Assembly: GCF_963921235.1 (NCBI RefSeq)
Contig: NC_086107.1
Span: 104,906,001 to 104,970,000, forward strand
Reading direction: 5' to 3'
DNA from: Mobula hypostoma
Lineage: Eukaryota
DNA: 64,000 bases
Shown here: piece after piece, positions 12,831 through 26,529 of the stretch
Layout: each line of letters begins with the position of its first letter
How positions within the stretch are numbered: the first letter of the stretch is position 1
Program-made: the position numbers and the translations under genes
The notes under the pieces: model-generated
What the model was told of the DNA's origin: nothing
The model's input: only the letters and a program-made list of their open reading frames with translations
Database searches by the model: none

Positions 12831-15349
12831 TCAAAAGACAAAGGAAAGTGATTAGGAATGGGAGCACTGTCCCTTTTCAAGAACTGCACACCAAATTATT
12901 TGTTTCCTGGCTGAAATAAACTAATTAGCACAGATTGGAGATTAATCCTGGAATTCTGTGTGCCGTTTAGTTTCTATTGAATCATGATTTTGGTATTTAT
13001 TTTTAATTTGAAAACATCAGTATAGTTGAGTAAATGATTGTGGCCATTGAATTAGTAAACTCAACTACCTTTCTGATATTGCTCAAACTCTGAGAAGTGG
13101 AAAGGTGATACACAATCGGGGCATGAAATTGTTCAGATTTCACGTGTCTATTTCCTGGTCTCCATCCATCCTCTTTAATTACATCTGTCTCCAGACACAC
13201 TTGCACTGTTAGTGTTATCAGGGAACCTGAGAAATGTTTTAATTTCACCATATCTTTGAGATTGTTCCCACTCACACTATCTGATCAACAAATCCTTGGA
13301 ACATTCATACAGGCACTAAATTCAATTAATGTGATTGATTACTTTTTGATGGTTAATGTATCTATCCAAGATTCAATTGAATTCTTGTACTGCTGATTGA
13401 TGAGGTGGTCTGGAACATGATGTTTATTTCTCCTTCTCTCCACACCTACCAAAATCAAACTTGCCAGGCCTGAATATTTCTGACAGATATTGCCCCTCCT
13501 TCCTTTACTGATTCCTTTATTGACTTCACTTTAACTCTTGGTTGAGCATAAGCTGACTGAGCAATGAACTTGCTGTTCATGCAGCAAGCTGAGCACTTAA
13601 AACATCAGGTCATGGATCAGGGCAACTGGGTTTCCTGCCTTAGGTCTCCTATGTTTTTCCTGATGCTTTTAATTGACGTGTGATTTTCTGAATGTGTTGA
13701 CCTCAGGCGAGATTGGACAAGACAAAAGCCCAAGAGGAAATGTCCTATCAATCTCTGCCCCGCGTGTTCATTCAAGGTATCCTTAAAGCAGCAGTATTGA
13801 AGCTAGAAACTAGCCAAGTCATTCCAAACTGCTTGCAAAAAAGTGGTCATACAGGTGTGCTGGATCGAATAAAGCAATCATTCCTTGCACTTGCTGTGCA
13901 GCTGTTATAGTTCCTAGAACTTCCCTTTAATGCAAGAAATTTAAAATGTAGTTTCTCTTTATTCATCTCTTAAAATTGTAAATATCTTTGTATCTGTTTC
14001 CCTCTAACAATTAGGCCCCTGGTCACTAACTCTAGGCAGCAGGTGTCTCCAGCCTATTGAAACATGGTAGGCACCCATAATCTAATCTGTCCTCATTTGA
14101 CATGTACGAAGGTAGTTTCTAATCTGAGCATTTGTTAATGACGAGCTGTAAGAAGACTTTTCTTTCCTAGACCTTGAGGGCTGAGGCTATTCTATACCTT
14201 TGCACCTTGCCAGTTCCTCCCAGTAGTCTCTTCTGTCACAACAAACCCCAGGATTTTTTTGTCTGAATGTTTGAAATTTTCTATACCCACCTATGCAACC
14301 AGGTAGAAAGTTGTGATAACAGAATTGGTTGAGATGTCAGTTTTGTGCCATCTGGCAGTGAAAATTCATATTATGTATGTTATTGGTAAATTGGTTTATT
14401 ATTTTCACATGTACCGAGGTACAGTGGAAAAACTGTATGTTCCATGATCCCAATTTACAGAGTTTCAGGTTCCTTAGCAATTGAAAAGTGTTCTCAAAAC
14501 AGACAAAAACAAGTCTTGAGTCATACAATCTATATTTGAGTTGAGGGGTGAGGTCAGCAAAGGATTTATAAGCAGTTTTGCAGTGAAAATTGGGTGTGGC
14601 TACAGGCTTAAGATACGAGCAAGTTTCAAATTCCAGCTTGGTTTCCTCTTTTTCCCAAAAAAAGAATGGTCTGCTCTGTTCAACATGTATTTTCCAAATA
14701 AAACATGAAGTTTGTTGTTGGCAGAGTCTAGTCAGGCTTGACTGCTTATGTGTGCATCAAATGAGCTCTGGTGAAGGTACTGGCTCATCTGCACTGTGCA
14801 TCACCTACCCTGCAACTGTCCTGGTGTAAGTAGTAAATGCTACCAGACAATCAGATCATAGACAATTGTGCGTTGTTTTGCAAGTATTCTTCCAAAAAGC
14901 TTTAAATAGGAAAAAAAAAGGCATTAAATTAAGCTAATTGCTTTTGGATAGTGGAAAAAAATATTTAAATGCGCCCTACCACTTCCCTGAGTAACTCGGT
15001 ATAAACAGGGACAAATTTGTTTGGCGTAAGCTGGAAGACATTGTCACCAATTAGGTCATAGTGGAAATGGTTTCACTTTTTTTTAGTACATTGTTCAAAA
15101 AGATAGAAAATGCTGGAAGTACTCAGCTGGTCAATTAACACCAGGTCCTACTCCATGGAAATAGGGCATTTGGCCCAATTCATGCATGCAGACAGAGATT
15201 ACCATCTAAGCTAGGCTCATTGCCTGTGTTTGGCCCATATACCTCTTTTCCTGTCCATGTCCATTCAATTTCCTTTTAAATATTGTTAATAAACCTGTTT
15301 CAATCACTTCCTTTGGCAACCCATTCCATGTACGCACCATCTTCTAGAT

Positions 15350-15429
15350 CAGGTGTTCCCTACCTGGGGTCCATGGACCCCTCAGTTAATGGTAAGGCTC
15401 CATGGCATAAAAAAGCATGGGAATCCCTG
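15350..15429. mobile_element. 80-bp hAT MITE with a perfect 8-bp TSD
   Basis: TTCTAGAT at 15342-15349 and 15430-15437; CAGG...CCTG termini. Confidence 0.9.
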
Positions 15430-16115
15430 TTCTAGATGGAAAAAGTTGCCCCTTGGGTTCCTATTAACCTTCTCAACCTAAACCTATGCCTCTGATTTTT
15501 GATTCTCCAGCCTAGGGAAAAAACTCTGCATATTCACTCTATAATTTTATGCACCTTCTGTAAGATCACCCCTCAGTCTCCTATATGCTCCAATAAATAA
15601 AGTACCAACTTGATCAACCTTGCAACCAAACTCAGTCCCCAAATCTCATAAATCTCCTCTGCATTCTTTCCAGCTTAATGACATCTTTCCTACAGTAGGC
15701 TATCCAAAATTGAATACAGTATTTCATGTGCAGCTTCACCAATATCTTGTACAACTGCAACATAGCGTCCCAACTTCTAAACTCAGTGCCCTGACAGCCA
15801 ACATGTTATAAGCCGCCTTCATCACCCTGTCTACCTGTGACACCACTTTCAGGGAATCGTACTTCTAGATCGCTTGGTTCTAGAATACCCCTCTGGGTCC
15901 TACCGTTCACTGTCTGAAAGTCCTACCTTCTTTTGTCTCCCTGAAATGAAACACTTCACACACTTACCTGAGTTGAATTTCATTTGCCATTCCTTAGACC
16001 ATTTAACAGCTGAATAATATCCCTCTATAAATCCTGATAACCGTTTTCACTGTCTTTGATTCTTAGTGTCATCAGTAAACTTACTAACCATGCCTTGTAC
16101 ATTCTCATGCAAGTC

Positions 16116-16265
16116 ATTAGTATTGATAACAAATAACAATGGACCCAGCAATGGGGAACTACACCATGACGGCCTTCCACCATTACCTCCATTAGTATTG
16201 ATAACAAATTACAATGGACCCAGCAATGGGGAACTACACCATGACGGCCTTCCACCATTACCTCC
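16116..16265. repeat. Two-copy 75-bp tandem duplication
   Basis: attagtattgataacaaat...ccattacctcc at 16116-16190 and 16191-16265, one mismatch. Confidence 0.95.
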
Positions 16266-16477
16266 TACTTCCTACCATCAGGCCAATGGTGCATCTAGTC
16301 ACCTCTACCTGGGTTCCATGTGATCTAACTTTTCAAAGCAGCCTACCATATGGAACCTTATCAAAGACCATTAGACTACATCTACTGCCTTCATCGACTT
16401 TCTTGGTTACTACTTCAAAAAAACTAACTTGTGGTAATATCTGTAGGAGGTAAAAGCTAATATTTCAGTTTCACTTT

Positions 16478-16915
16478 CATAGAAACATAGAAAGCCTACA
16501 GCACAATACAGGTCCTTTGGCCCACAATGCTATGCTGAACATGTACTTACTTTAGAAATTACCTAGGGTTACCCATAGCCCTCCATTTTTCTAAGCTCCA
16601 TGTACCTATCCAGGAGTCTCCTAAAAGAACCTATTATATCCGCCTCCATCACTGTTGCCGGCAGCCCATTCCACATACTCACCACTCTCTGCCTAAAAAA
16701 AACACTTATCCCTGACATCTCTTCTGTACCTACTTCCAAGCACCTTAAAACTGTGCCCTCTCGTGTTAGCCATTTGAGCCCTGGGAAAAAGCCTCTGACT
16801 ATCCACACAATCAAAGCATCATCATCTTATACACCTCTATCAGGTCACCTCTCATCCTCCATCGCTCCAAGGAGAAGAGGCCAAGTTCACTCAACCTATT
16901 CATATAAGGCATGCT
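16478..16915 (-). mobile_element. CR1 3' fragment
   Basis: (catagaaa) tail and FRQRVVSMWNGLP peptide. Confidence 0.9.
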
Positions 16916-18559
16916 GCCTGATTTGTTGAATATTTCTATCATTCTCTGTATTTATTTTGATGTTCCAGCATCTATAGATTCAAAACTGAATGCTAGACAA
17001 GAACAGTAAAATGCTGTTTATTGTGAGTGCAGTTGGAATAGAGCTGCCTGAGATTGTCTGGCCCGTTCCTCTTCAGGAATATGTTGGACATTTTCATTTG
17101 TTCTGTGGGAGATCCAGGCTGCTGCTGCACTAGTTTACTTTGTCGAGGCATTTCAGGGCTTGTGCAGTGGGCCTTAACATCCTTTGATTTGATAGTAAAA
17201 ATGGAGGCTTCCTACTGTCAATTGCTCTTGAACATGTGATCTTGATTGAAGTAACATTCAACAATCCTATGTAGTAATGTAGCTGTCAACATATTGTTGA
17301 GGTGGCATGCACATACTGGCTAGTTGCAGCCAGTGGTCTCTAGAAGCGGTGATGAGTAGGATGGGGAAAGATATGTCATTTATTTGAATCTTTCTCTTGT
17401 GCTTTATTGTAAAGAGGATAGAGTATAAACTACTCTTGCTACAACTGTAAAAGGCTACAATGAAACTATGATAACATCTTTGGTGCTATTTAAGGATATG
17501 TATGCCAATTTGCATTGTAAACAGTTCAGAGAAGGTTGACAAGATTGATTCCTGAAATTAAAGGGCAGTTTAGCAGGAAAGATTAGGCAGGGTTTTCTTT
17601 ACTCATTGACTTCAGAAGAAAAAGTGTTCTCATTGAAGCTTAAAATTGTAGAGGAAATGGAACTGGATAGATGTGTCTCTTGGGAAAATGTGGAAAGTAG
17701 GTTAGATAATTTCAATATAAGGAGTTGCACATTTAAGAAAGAGATGAGAAGTAATTTCTTATGACTGTTTGTGAAGCTTTGGAATTTTCTGCCCCAAAGA
17801 GCTGTGTATGTAGAGTCATTGATTGTTTTAGGAGAGGCAGGTTATTAGTTAAAGATAAGTTAAGGTTTATGGAGAAGCTTGCAAGGAAGTAAATCTAAGG
17901 CCATGATCTTGTAGGCCTACCCCTGTTCTTGTTATGTTCTTTCATTCACGTCTGCCATTTCAAACCAAACTTCTTTGTATCCGGCAAAGTGGTGATGAGT
18001 ATGCAACAGCCAATTTACACAAGTTTTCAATATAACAGTTCATAAATTGATGAAAATGCAGGCCCTGCCATACCAAAGATGGTCCCAGAATAATAGCCTC
18101 AATGAGTCAGGCTATCCAGTGCAGGTACAGGCACTAACAAAATAATAAATATGAAAGATGAATCTGACACTTTTGGTTAAAGTTTTGAAGTCTTCTGAAG
18201 ACCAAAGCATTCAGAAATAAATGACATCAAAACTTAGCGTTTATTTCAAAAAGCTAGCTGTTCACACCTTCCTGTCAAGAAAGCAAACACTAAGGCAGGA
18301 AATGAGATGCATTTCCTCACTGTCTACTCATGATAATCATGATGTTTCACAGCATCAGTTTATATGGGAATTCCTCAGGTTTGTAGACTGACCCGTCTTA
18401 ACAAAAGCAGAGTAGAGTTGTAAGTGAGATTGTGTTTGTACTAGTTTTTTAAAAGTTATGTGGTTAGAAATTGACATCATAAGAGACCTGTAACTACTGG
18501 TATTGTGTACTAGTGTATTGCAGTGACTGTAGTCAGTGGTACTCAGTAAATGAAAAAAT

Positions 18560-19125
18560 CTTCAGGTGCTGGAAATCCAAGCAACACACACAAAATGCTG
18601 GAGGAACGTGGCAGGCCAGGCAGCATCTATGGAAAAAAAAGTACAGTCAATGTTTCAGGCCAAGAACTTTCATCAAGAAAAAGATGACAAGTCAAAGTAA
18701 GAAGGTGGAGGGAGGGGAGGAAGAAACACAAGGTTATAGATGAAACCATTCCCCATTCCCATTTTCCTCTTTCATGTATCTCCTTACCTGCCCATCACCT
18801 CCCTCTGGGGCTCCTTCCCCTTTTCTTTCTTCCGTGGTCTTCTGTCCTCTCCTATCAGATTCCTCCTTCTCCAGCCCTGTATCTCTTTCACCAATGAACC
18901 TCCCAGCTCTTTACTTCACTCCTTCCCAGCACCCCCTCAAAACTCCCAGTTTCACCTATCACCTTGTGTTTCTTCCTCCCCACACCCCACCTTCTTACTG
19001 GATTTTTCATCGTTTTCCTGTAGACCTGATGAAGGGTCTCAACCTGAAATGTTGACTATTTACTCTTCCCATAGATGCTGCCTGGTCTGAGTTCCTTCGG
19101 CATTGTGTGTTGCTCTGTATTTGCA
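18560..19125. mobile_element. Two Penelope-like pLTR fragments in inverted orientation
   Basis: aaatgctggaggaac...gtttcaggcc on the left; cctgatgaagggtctcaacctgaaatgttgact on the right. Confidence 0.8.
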
Positions 19126-20896
19126 ATGATGGACCTGTGTAATATAACAATACAGCACAGTATGGGCCCTTCTGCCCATAATGTGGTGTCATCCTTTTAA
19201 CCTACTTCTCAATCAATCTAACCCTTCCATCCTACATACCCCATAACCCTCCATTCTTTCTTTATATGTGCCTATCTAAGAGTCTGCCAAATATCGCGAG
19301 TGTATCGGCCTCCATCACCACCCCTGGCAGTGTATTCCAGGTATTTCTACTGTTTTTTAAAAAATATTGCCTCTGATATCTCCAGATGTCCTCTGGTCTT
19401 AACTATTGCCACCCTGGAAAAAAGGGCACTGTCCAGTCTATCTAGGCCTCTCATAATTCTGCGGACGTCCATTGTCACTCTTCATCAAGCCCCAACTCAC
19501 TCAACTCCTCCTTATAAGACACATTCTCTAATCCAGGCAGCATCCTAGTAAATCTCCTAGGCACTTTCTCCAGTGCTTCCACATCCTTCTTAAAATGACG
19601 CCACACTTGAAGTTACTATCTTGGTTACTGTGTTATTAAGCTGGAAAGATAACAGAAAATATCCATGAGGTGCCACCACAACCCAAGGGGGGGGGGATGC
19701 TGGGCTACAGGGAGAAGTTGGGCAATCCCTGAGGCATAGGAGATTAAGAGATGGTCCTACTCAGAGGCATTCAAAATCACAAGGGGCATAAACCCACTCA
19801 GACTTCTTCCCAGGGTTGGAGAGTCAAGAACTAGAGGGCATGGGTTTTAGAGTGAGAAGGGAGGGATACAAAAAGCTGGTATGTATTAGCGACCGTATTA
19901 TAGTGATAGATCTCTATCCAACAGTAAGGGTAAGCTTCTTCATGGCTCCAGGGATCTAGCTGCCCATAGGGGGTTTGCATTTTCACCTTTTGAGCATGTT
20001 GAGTTGCTGCAGGTGCTATACTTTCCTCCAATATCTCAAAGACAGTCAAGTTCACTGGCCACTGTACTTGCCCCTAGTGACAGAATCTGGGGAGAATAGA
20101 GAGGAATTTGCATAATATAGATGTAGATAGACATGAAGATTGGTATGAGCTGAATGGGCAGTCCCTGTGTGGTATGACTCTAACAAATTACCATTGAGGC
20201 CAGATATGCACCTGGAATTGGGACCAGAAGATCAGACCCTATGACACTAGTCCAATGGAGCTATGGGGAGTTAGGTCCTGTGGTCACCAATTGAGGGCCT
20301 GCAGTAGTAGTAGAGGCACCTGTTTTCCAACTTCATAGTTAGTGATCACTAATTTGTCAAAGGTCTTTCAAGATTTTTCCTAATCTGGGGAGTTCCAGCA
20401 ACATTCTCCACAGTCTGTTGATTTTATGGGAAAATCAGTACCTTGTATCAATGGCACATGAGAGAGTTAATTTTCCTTTTGAATACAATAAATTCACTTT
20501 AATATGGGACCATTAATGCCCCTTTGCCACAAGGTCCTCCAAACAGTATGTAATAATGTCAATTGAGTGGTGGCCTGGGCACCTGGAGTATATTCTTGCA
20601 TTTTATGTATGCCAATGATATGTTTTACATCCACTGGAAAGTGCAGTAGGGACTTGATTTAATACCTCGGTGAAAATATTTTCACTTCCAGAGTGCTGAG
20701 CTTCCTTAGTCTAGACCTTGCTTAATGACCTTGGTCCATGGCATAAAAAAGGTTGGGAACCTCTAGTCTGGATCTTCGTGCCCAAGTCTCTGGAATTTGA
20801 AGCTATGTATATGTGCATCTAATACCTGTACCATATCTAAATATTTAAATTATGTGCTTTAAATTTGCTTTACATATTGTGCTTGTTCTTTTCCAG

Positions 20897-20941
20897 GCTA
20901 GTTTATATCGAGGTGGATACAGTCGTTTTGCTCCCTACTAA
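20897..20941 (+). CDS. RBFOX2: RBFOX2 terminal coding exon (ASLYRGGYSRFAPY*), includes the PY-type nuclear localisation signal
   Basis: Acceptor ttcttttccAG; peptide matches the recalled RBFOX2 C-terminus; TAA at 20939-20941. Confidence 0.96.
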   Translation, partial: ASLYRGGYSRFAPY

Positions 20942-23900
20942 AAGTGATGTGAACTCCTGCGATGGGAACAGCCCCTTCCCAAGGCCTGGTTGTTGCAATA
21001 TTACAAGTAGTGGAACTTTATAGCAACTCAACATGAAAAAAAATACACGAGAAAGAGAGGAAATCATTACACAAGAGACCTACTTTTTTATACCTCATTA
21101 TGTTCTTCTAAACATGTATTTTTTTTCCTTTTGTTTCTGCCTTCATTTTTTTTGTTCCAAAGATTGTGCAGACAGTTTTTAACTGTGGTATAAAAGTGCA
21201 TTTCTTTGTGTGTGTAGTGGCATTTATGAAATCAGCTTCAAATGACAAAAGACAAACAAATGAAATTTTAAAAATATTAGGCACAAAAGCAGTAGTAAAA
21301 ACCAAAAGTCAAATTGAGTGCCCATGGGAAACTGGTCCCAGTAAAGTGTGTGGAGCAGCAGCATCAAGGGTCTATGGATATATAAAACAAAATCTTGATG
21401 GGAGAGAGAGAGAGATTCACCACTTAATGGGGTCAATTCAAAATAAGGAGGAGAGGTGGAGGAGGCAAGCTGGAAATTATCCATTTATGAGTGGATAGAA
21501 ACAATTTTTATGTTGTGCTTTGTTTTTGTAGTGAGGGTAGCAGCACCTTCCATCTAATCACCATTTCCAGACATAGCATGTTAAATTGTGCCTGTTTGTA
21601 CCCGACTGAACAATAGCAACAGCCGAAATATTAGTTGCTATCATACAGCAAAGTGGCTGCAATGCTAACTTTTGTCCGTTTAATCATTCATTCAAGACTC
21701 TGAAGACCACACAATCCACCTCCCTCCACTGGTGATGTAAATTTATCTCCACGCTTTTGTTTTTTTTAAATGATAATGACTTTTTGCATTAGCATCCCAG
21801 CAAATTCCAAATGGAGGTTTCATGCCTCCTGTGTAAATGGGGCAGGTTTACACTGCACTGTCAGGTAGCACCATTGAATTAAGTGATACAATCCAGAAGT
21901 GTTTGGCACTAAATATATGCATGTTTTAATTGCATCAGGTTAATTGAATTGTATTATCCAATGTATTTGTATTTTTTTAATGTGACCTAGGATATTGCTC
22001 CAACTGGCTGACACCCTTGCATTCAGCAGAATTACATAAAAATGCAGTTTTTAAATCAAACTTTTTTTTAACTCTAATCATCGTCATCAGATTTTGGCTG
22101 CTTTGTGATCTTTGTTTCATTTACCTCTGTCTTCGGTGAGTACCTGAGCAAGCAGGAAGATGCTGCACAGAAAATAGTCATCTGGCATGAAAAGAATCTA
22201 GCTCTACCCCTGCCTGAGAGGTGTAATGGGAAGAGCAGAGGTGTGGATAGGGTGGGGACTGAGGACTTTCAACAGGAAAGTTCTGGAAGGTTGGTCAGAC
22301 ACACAGTTGCATCATGTAAATGAAAAAAGTTATGAATACTACACTTCAGTAGACATTTTAAAGGCATTCATGATGCCATTTCAGATGTTATTTTTTTTTA
22401 GGAAGTTAGCTGAGCTAATGTGTGAGTGTTAGTCAATGAGGCTCCAGGTCAGATTGAAGCTAATAATTTATTGTGCACGCTTGGGGCTGGCCCAGACCTA
22501 TCCATTCTGTTCCAGTGCTCCTGGAGCTTTGCTGTCTGTTATATCTCTGCACTGGGAGATTTAGGTGGGAGTGAATTGAAAAAGTATACTTCCATGGTGC
22601 AGACAGCACAGTTGCTGCCAGAGTTTCTGATCATGTAGAGTATTCCCAACACAGTGTACACTGCACCGGCTTAGTAAGCTATTTAAAGAAAATCAATCTT
22701 TGTTAAAAGAAAAAAGGGACACTAGTCGTAGACACCACACTGCCGTCCTTAAATTATGAATTTTTTTTTTTGCATTGCAAGCCAAAGCATGGTTTGTCGC
22801 TGAATGACAATTGTTTTTTGTATATAAAAATATTTTCATTGTTGTTGTAATAGGGAAACATTCACAGAAAAGTCTCATCACAGAGGAAGGAATTTTAAAT
22901 GGGAATATGGCGTGGCAAACAACAGCATCTCCTGGTAGTGCTCCAGTTAGTTTAGTAGTGCATATAGAAGGAAAACGTAGAAACCACAGATGGCTTGTAT
23001 GAATGGGAGTTGCTGTTCTGTGTCACACCAGGTTCAGTAATAGTTTTCATTCCTATGACTACAATTCATATTCTTTTACTTAGGTTAACTTTTATATTAT
23101 AACCAGTGAACATGTTAGTGAGTTAGCACTACAGCTGCACTCTACTCCACTGACTACCAAGTAACCCAAGGCTATTGTTCTCAATCCTTGTTTTTGTTTT
23201 GTAAAAGCCTCAGAGCAGCTGTAGAATAGGCAGAATATTTGGAGGGAACAATTTCTGAGTAGAGTAAATGTTTTTTTTAATTCTCTCTTTATTTGGCAAA
23301 AGACCATCTTGCTTTTAGCAAGAATGGGCCATGTCCAGTCAGCAGCTTACCATATGGTAAATATCCAACACCCCATCCATCGGGTCAGGTTCAGTGGGAC
23401 TGACAAGTTTTTATTTGTTTTGTGTTGTGCATGCGTGTGTGTGTGTGTGTTTTTTTTTGGAAGGGACCCATTGCTGTATCCCGACTGGAATAGGAAACTT
23501 GGTTGTTAGTAGTAGGAGTCATTATCACAGTGACATGGCTGATGCAGATACTTGAACCATTTAATCCTTAAGCCTTTATATAAGCAACATTTATTTCTTT
23601 CCATTTACTTGTAATACAGTTCACTCGATACAATCACAATCACCTTTCCCCCCCTACCACCATCACCATCCTCCCTTTCCCCTTCTCCTCCCCTCCCCCA
23701 GATAAACAAGGAAAAGCTTCACCTTCCGTAACTGGAAGATTCTGTGAATCACAAAGAGGAGAGTACCCTCTCTCTGAGCTCCAGTCAAAGGGGAAAGGAG
23801 CATTGGGGTGGGAGAATTAGAAATTGTGCTGTGGTGCAGGCATTGGAAAGGGAATAAAATAGGAGAAAACACTAAACAATTTTAAAAACCATGTGCAGGT

Positions 23901-24210
23901 GGTATTTAATCTTGCTAGAAAGCTAGCATCAACACTGTCCTGACCCTCATCCACCTTGTTTGTGAACGTTTCCCAGAAGGTATGGTATATCGTATAGTAG
24001 CTTCATCACCGAGCAGTATTCATTGGGTTATAATTAGATATAATCATGAATGTTAAGTAGATAGCACATGGACTATTATTCCTTTTGTATTACTTCCCAT
24101 GTATAAATTATTGATCTTGTTGCTGGCTTTTATAAACTCGAAGGAAGGGAAATCCTTCCCAACAGTAATAAAGCACTGTTTTTAAAATAAAACAAAAATG
24201 GTGAGAACGC
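20942..24210 (+). other. RBFOX2: RBFOX2 long 3'UTR
   Basis: About 3.2 kb of AT-rich sequence with no recognisable transposon in an otherwise repeat-dense window; ends at a double AATAAA followed by a GT-rich tract; exact end is inferred. Confidence 0.7.
24167..24191 (+). terminator. Tandem polyadenylation signals of RBFOX2
   Basis: AATAAA at 24167-24172 and 24186-24191, followed by tctgtctctgtatgtatttgtgatgt. Confidence 0.65.
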
Positions 24211-24614
24211 ATTCTGTCTCTGTATGTATTTGTGATGTAGGTTGTTAATGGATTTAAGCTCATCAGAGTGCAAATGAGCTGTGCGTTGTGGAATCACATT
24301 TTCATTCAGTAAATTTTCTGTGAAACAGGATCTTGTGCTGTAGTCAAGAAAGATTCGTATGCTGTTGGTCCTGCAGTAGTACAAGTTGCTGCTCATATAG
24401 GGGTATGTGTGAGTTTACCTGTCTCCATCTGAACAGGATGACTTACCTCCACTCCAGTTCTGGGCTCTGAGACCAATTTGGGTTCTGCAAACCCTACAAC
24501 AGATGGAATGGGTGGTGCTGGCAGGGCAGGTGGACCATTTCTGCTGGGCTACAGTCTGCTGCTGATGCCTAGACCGTGAAAGTCAGAGGAGTGCCCCGAA
24601 GAATGAATGACAGT

Positions 24615-25390
24615 TAAATGTTAGAATGTTAGAACCCCAAAATCCCCCCAGCTCCCACACATAAGCAGCAGTAAGCAACAATCCCCCCTCCCCCGCCACC
24701 GGCAAAAAAAAGCATTGGCACCCGCCACCAAGCACTCAGGCGTGAGCAAAGCAGTACCCCAAAGTACTTGTTCACCCAATATTAGACATACCACAGGCTC
24801 TGGCTCTCTCTCTCTCTCTCTCTCCTCTCTCTCCTCTCTCTCTCCTCTCTCTCTCCTCTCTCTCTCTCCTCTCTCTCTCCTCTCTCTCTCCTCTCTCTCT
24901 CCTCTCTCTCCTCTCTCTCCCCTCTCTCTCCCCTCTCTCTCCCCTCTCTCTCCCCTCTCTCTCCCCTCTCTCTCCCCTCTCTCTCCCCTCTCTCTCCCCT
25001 CTCTCTCCTCTCTCTCTCCTCTCTCTCTTCTCTCCCCCCCCCACCTAATAAGGGAGAAAGAGGTGTTTCCGTTTCACAGTGAGAGGGGAGACATAACAAA
25101 CAACTCTGGTTTACGATGTTAAAAGTCCGTTTTGTCGTTTTTTCCGAGTTCTGTGCCCAAAGGTCTCAGGTCTCTGGGCACACAGCCTTAGATCTTCCAT
25201 CTCCCATGACACACTGATCTCCTGCCCGGACACTGACCTCCGATTCCCCTGTCTCCAGAGCCACGAAATCTCAGTCCTCTGAAGGCTAGCAAAGCTCTTA
25301 GGTCAAGCCCTTGGCATGCTGAATAACGGCCACTCATTGAACCCCAAGAGCAGGTCCCATTCCCGCAAAGAACTGTAGTCAGCATGTAGT
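24615..25390 (-). mobile_element. Probable non-autonomous retroelement carrying an expanded CT/GA microsatellite
   Basis: CpG-containing segment ending in (aatgttag)x2; family not identified. Confidence 0.45.
24805..25037. repeat. Compound (CT)n pyrimidine microsatellite with 10-12 nt super-periodicity
   Basis: About 230 nt of C/T only, e.g. (ctctctctcccc)n. Confidence 0.98.
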
Positions 25391-26529
25391 TTGTGCAGTA
25401 TTTCAGATTTTGGCTCTGTCCAATATTTTTTTTCTCCAACAGCTAGAATTGCGCTGCCACACTAAGTAAGGTGGATATTTGTCCTTGTCCAGCTGTATCT
25501 CCTGAGATGTGACAAGAGGCCCGTTTCCTAGGGATTTATTATGGACCCATATTGTTCGAAGGCCAGAGTTCTTCTGCAAGTGAAGATTAACAGTGCCTTT
25601 CTTTTGCAAATGTTCCATTCAAGACCGGTCCCCATACACTTCAATGAATAAGTCCACAATAACTTGGAGCTCAATATTCATGTCCTCTGCTTATTGCAGT
25701 GTGACATTGGAGCTAGGTTTCCATTAGTTATGTAGATAAATTCCAGTCCATTGGGAAGTATTTTTGAAAACGGGATGCAGTATCACAGCAAGGAAGGTTG
25801 GAAACAGGGTAATGGCACAGCATTGCTGATATAGTGAACTTGTGCTCTCAAGCATCTTAAAAATGCTGAATGGGAGAAGTGACTGAAGAAGAATTCAGTC
25901 ACTAAGTCGAGAGGTATTTTGAAATTTTCTTTTGAGAGGCTTTAAGATGTGTGAAGCTTGGGATTAGCTCAGAATTCTGTTGTAAAGTTCTGACAATCAA
26001 ATGGAGGTTGAGATAGAATGGGAGCCAACAAATGAATATCTCAGAATTACTACTGCATGTGATGATGTAATTTTACAGCTGTTGAACAGGGGCTGAAGAC
26101 TAATTCCTTTCTATCTTTCCATGAAGTGAACATGACTCTTAAGATTTACAACCTCAGTGGTGATGACAGGACAAAGAACAGGCTTGAACTAATTGCAACC
26201 ATTTTCACCCAGAAGTGTTTTTTTATTGAAATCCTCACTATCACATTCATTACATTCATTCCTCAACATTAGGGAAGGCTTAAATGAACTAGATACAGCA
26301 AAACCTACTGGAACAGGCAGTGCATAATACAACTGGATCTGAACACTTGGTGCAACCAAAGTATCTGCCTAGTTGTTCCAGTATAACACTTGATATTTAC
26401 CTAAGAATGTGGAATATTGGTGGATATGTCAACCCACAAAAAGCAGGACACATTCAGCCCAGGAATTTTTCAATCAAGTCAGTGGAAGTTGACAGTATTA
26501 TAAAATTGCAATTACTCATCAATAACTAT

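Larger units (their letters stand above)
15140..16430 (-). mobile_element. Decayed CR1 fragment containing a MITE and a 75-bp tandem duplication
   Basis: CR1 3'UTR and RT-like sequence on the minus strand; boundaries approximate. Confidence 0.75.

Noticed and set aside
24715..25122. Ser/Leu/Pro-rich and Arg/Glu-rich ORFs
   Set aside because: Translations of the CT/GA microsatellite
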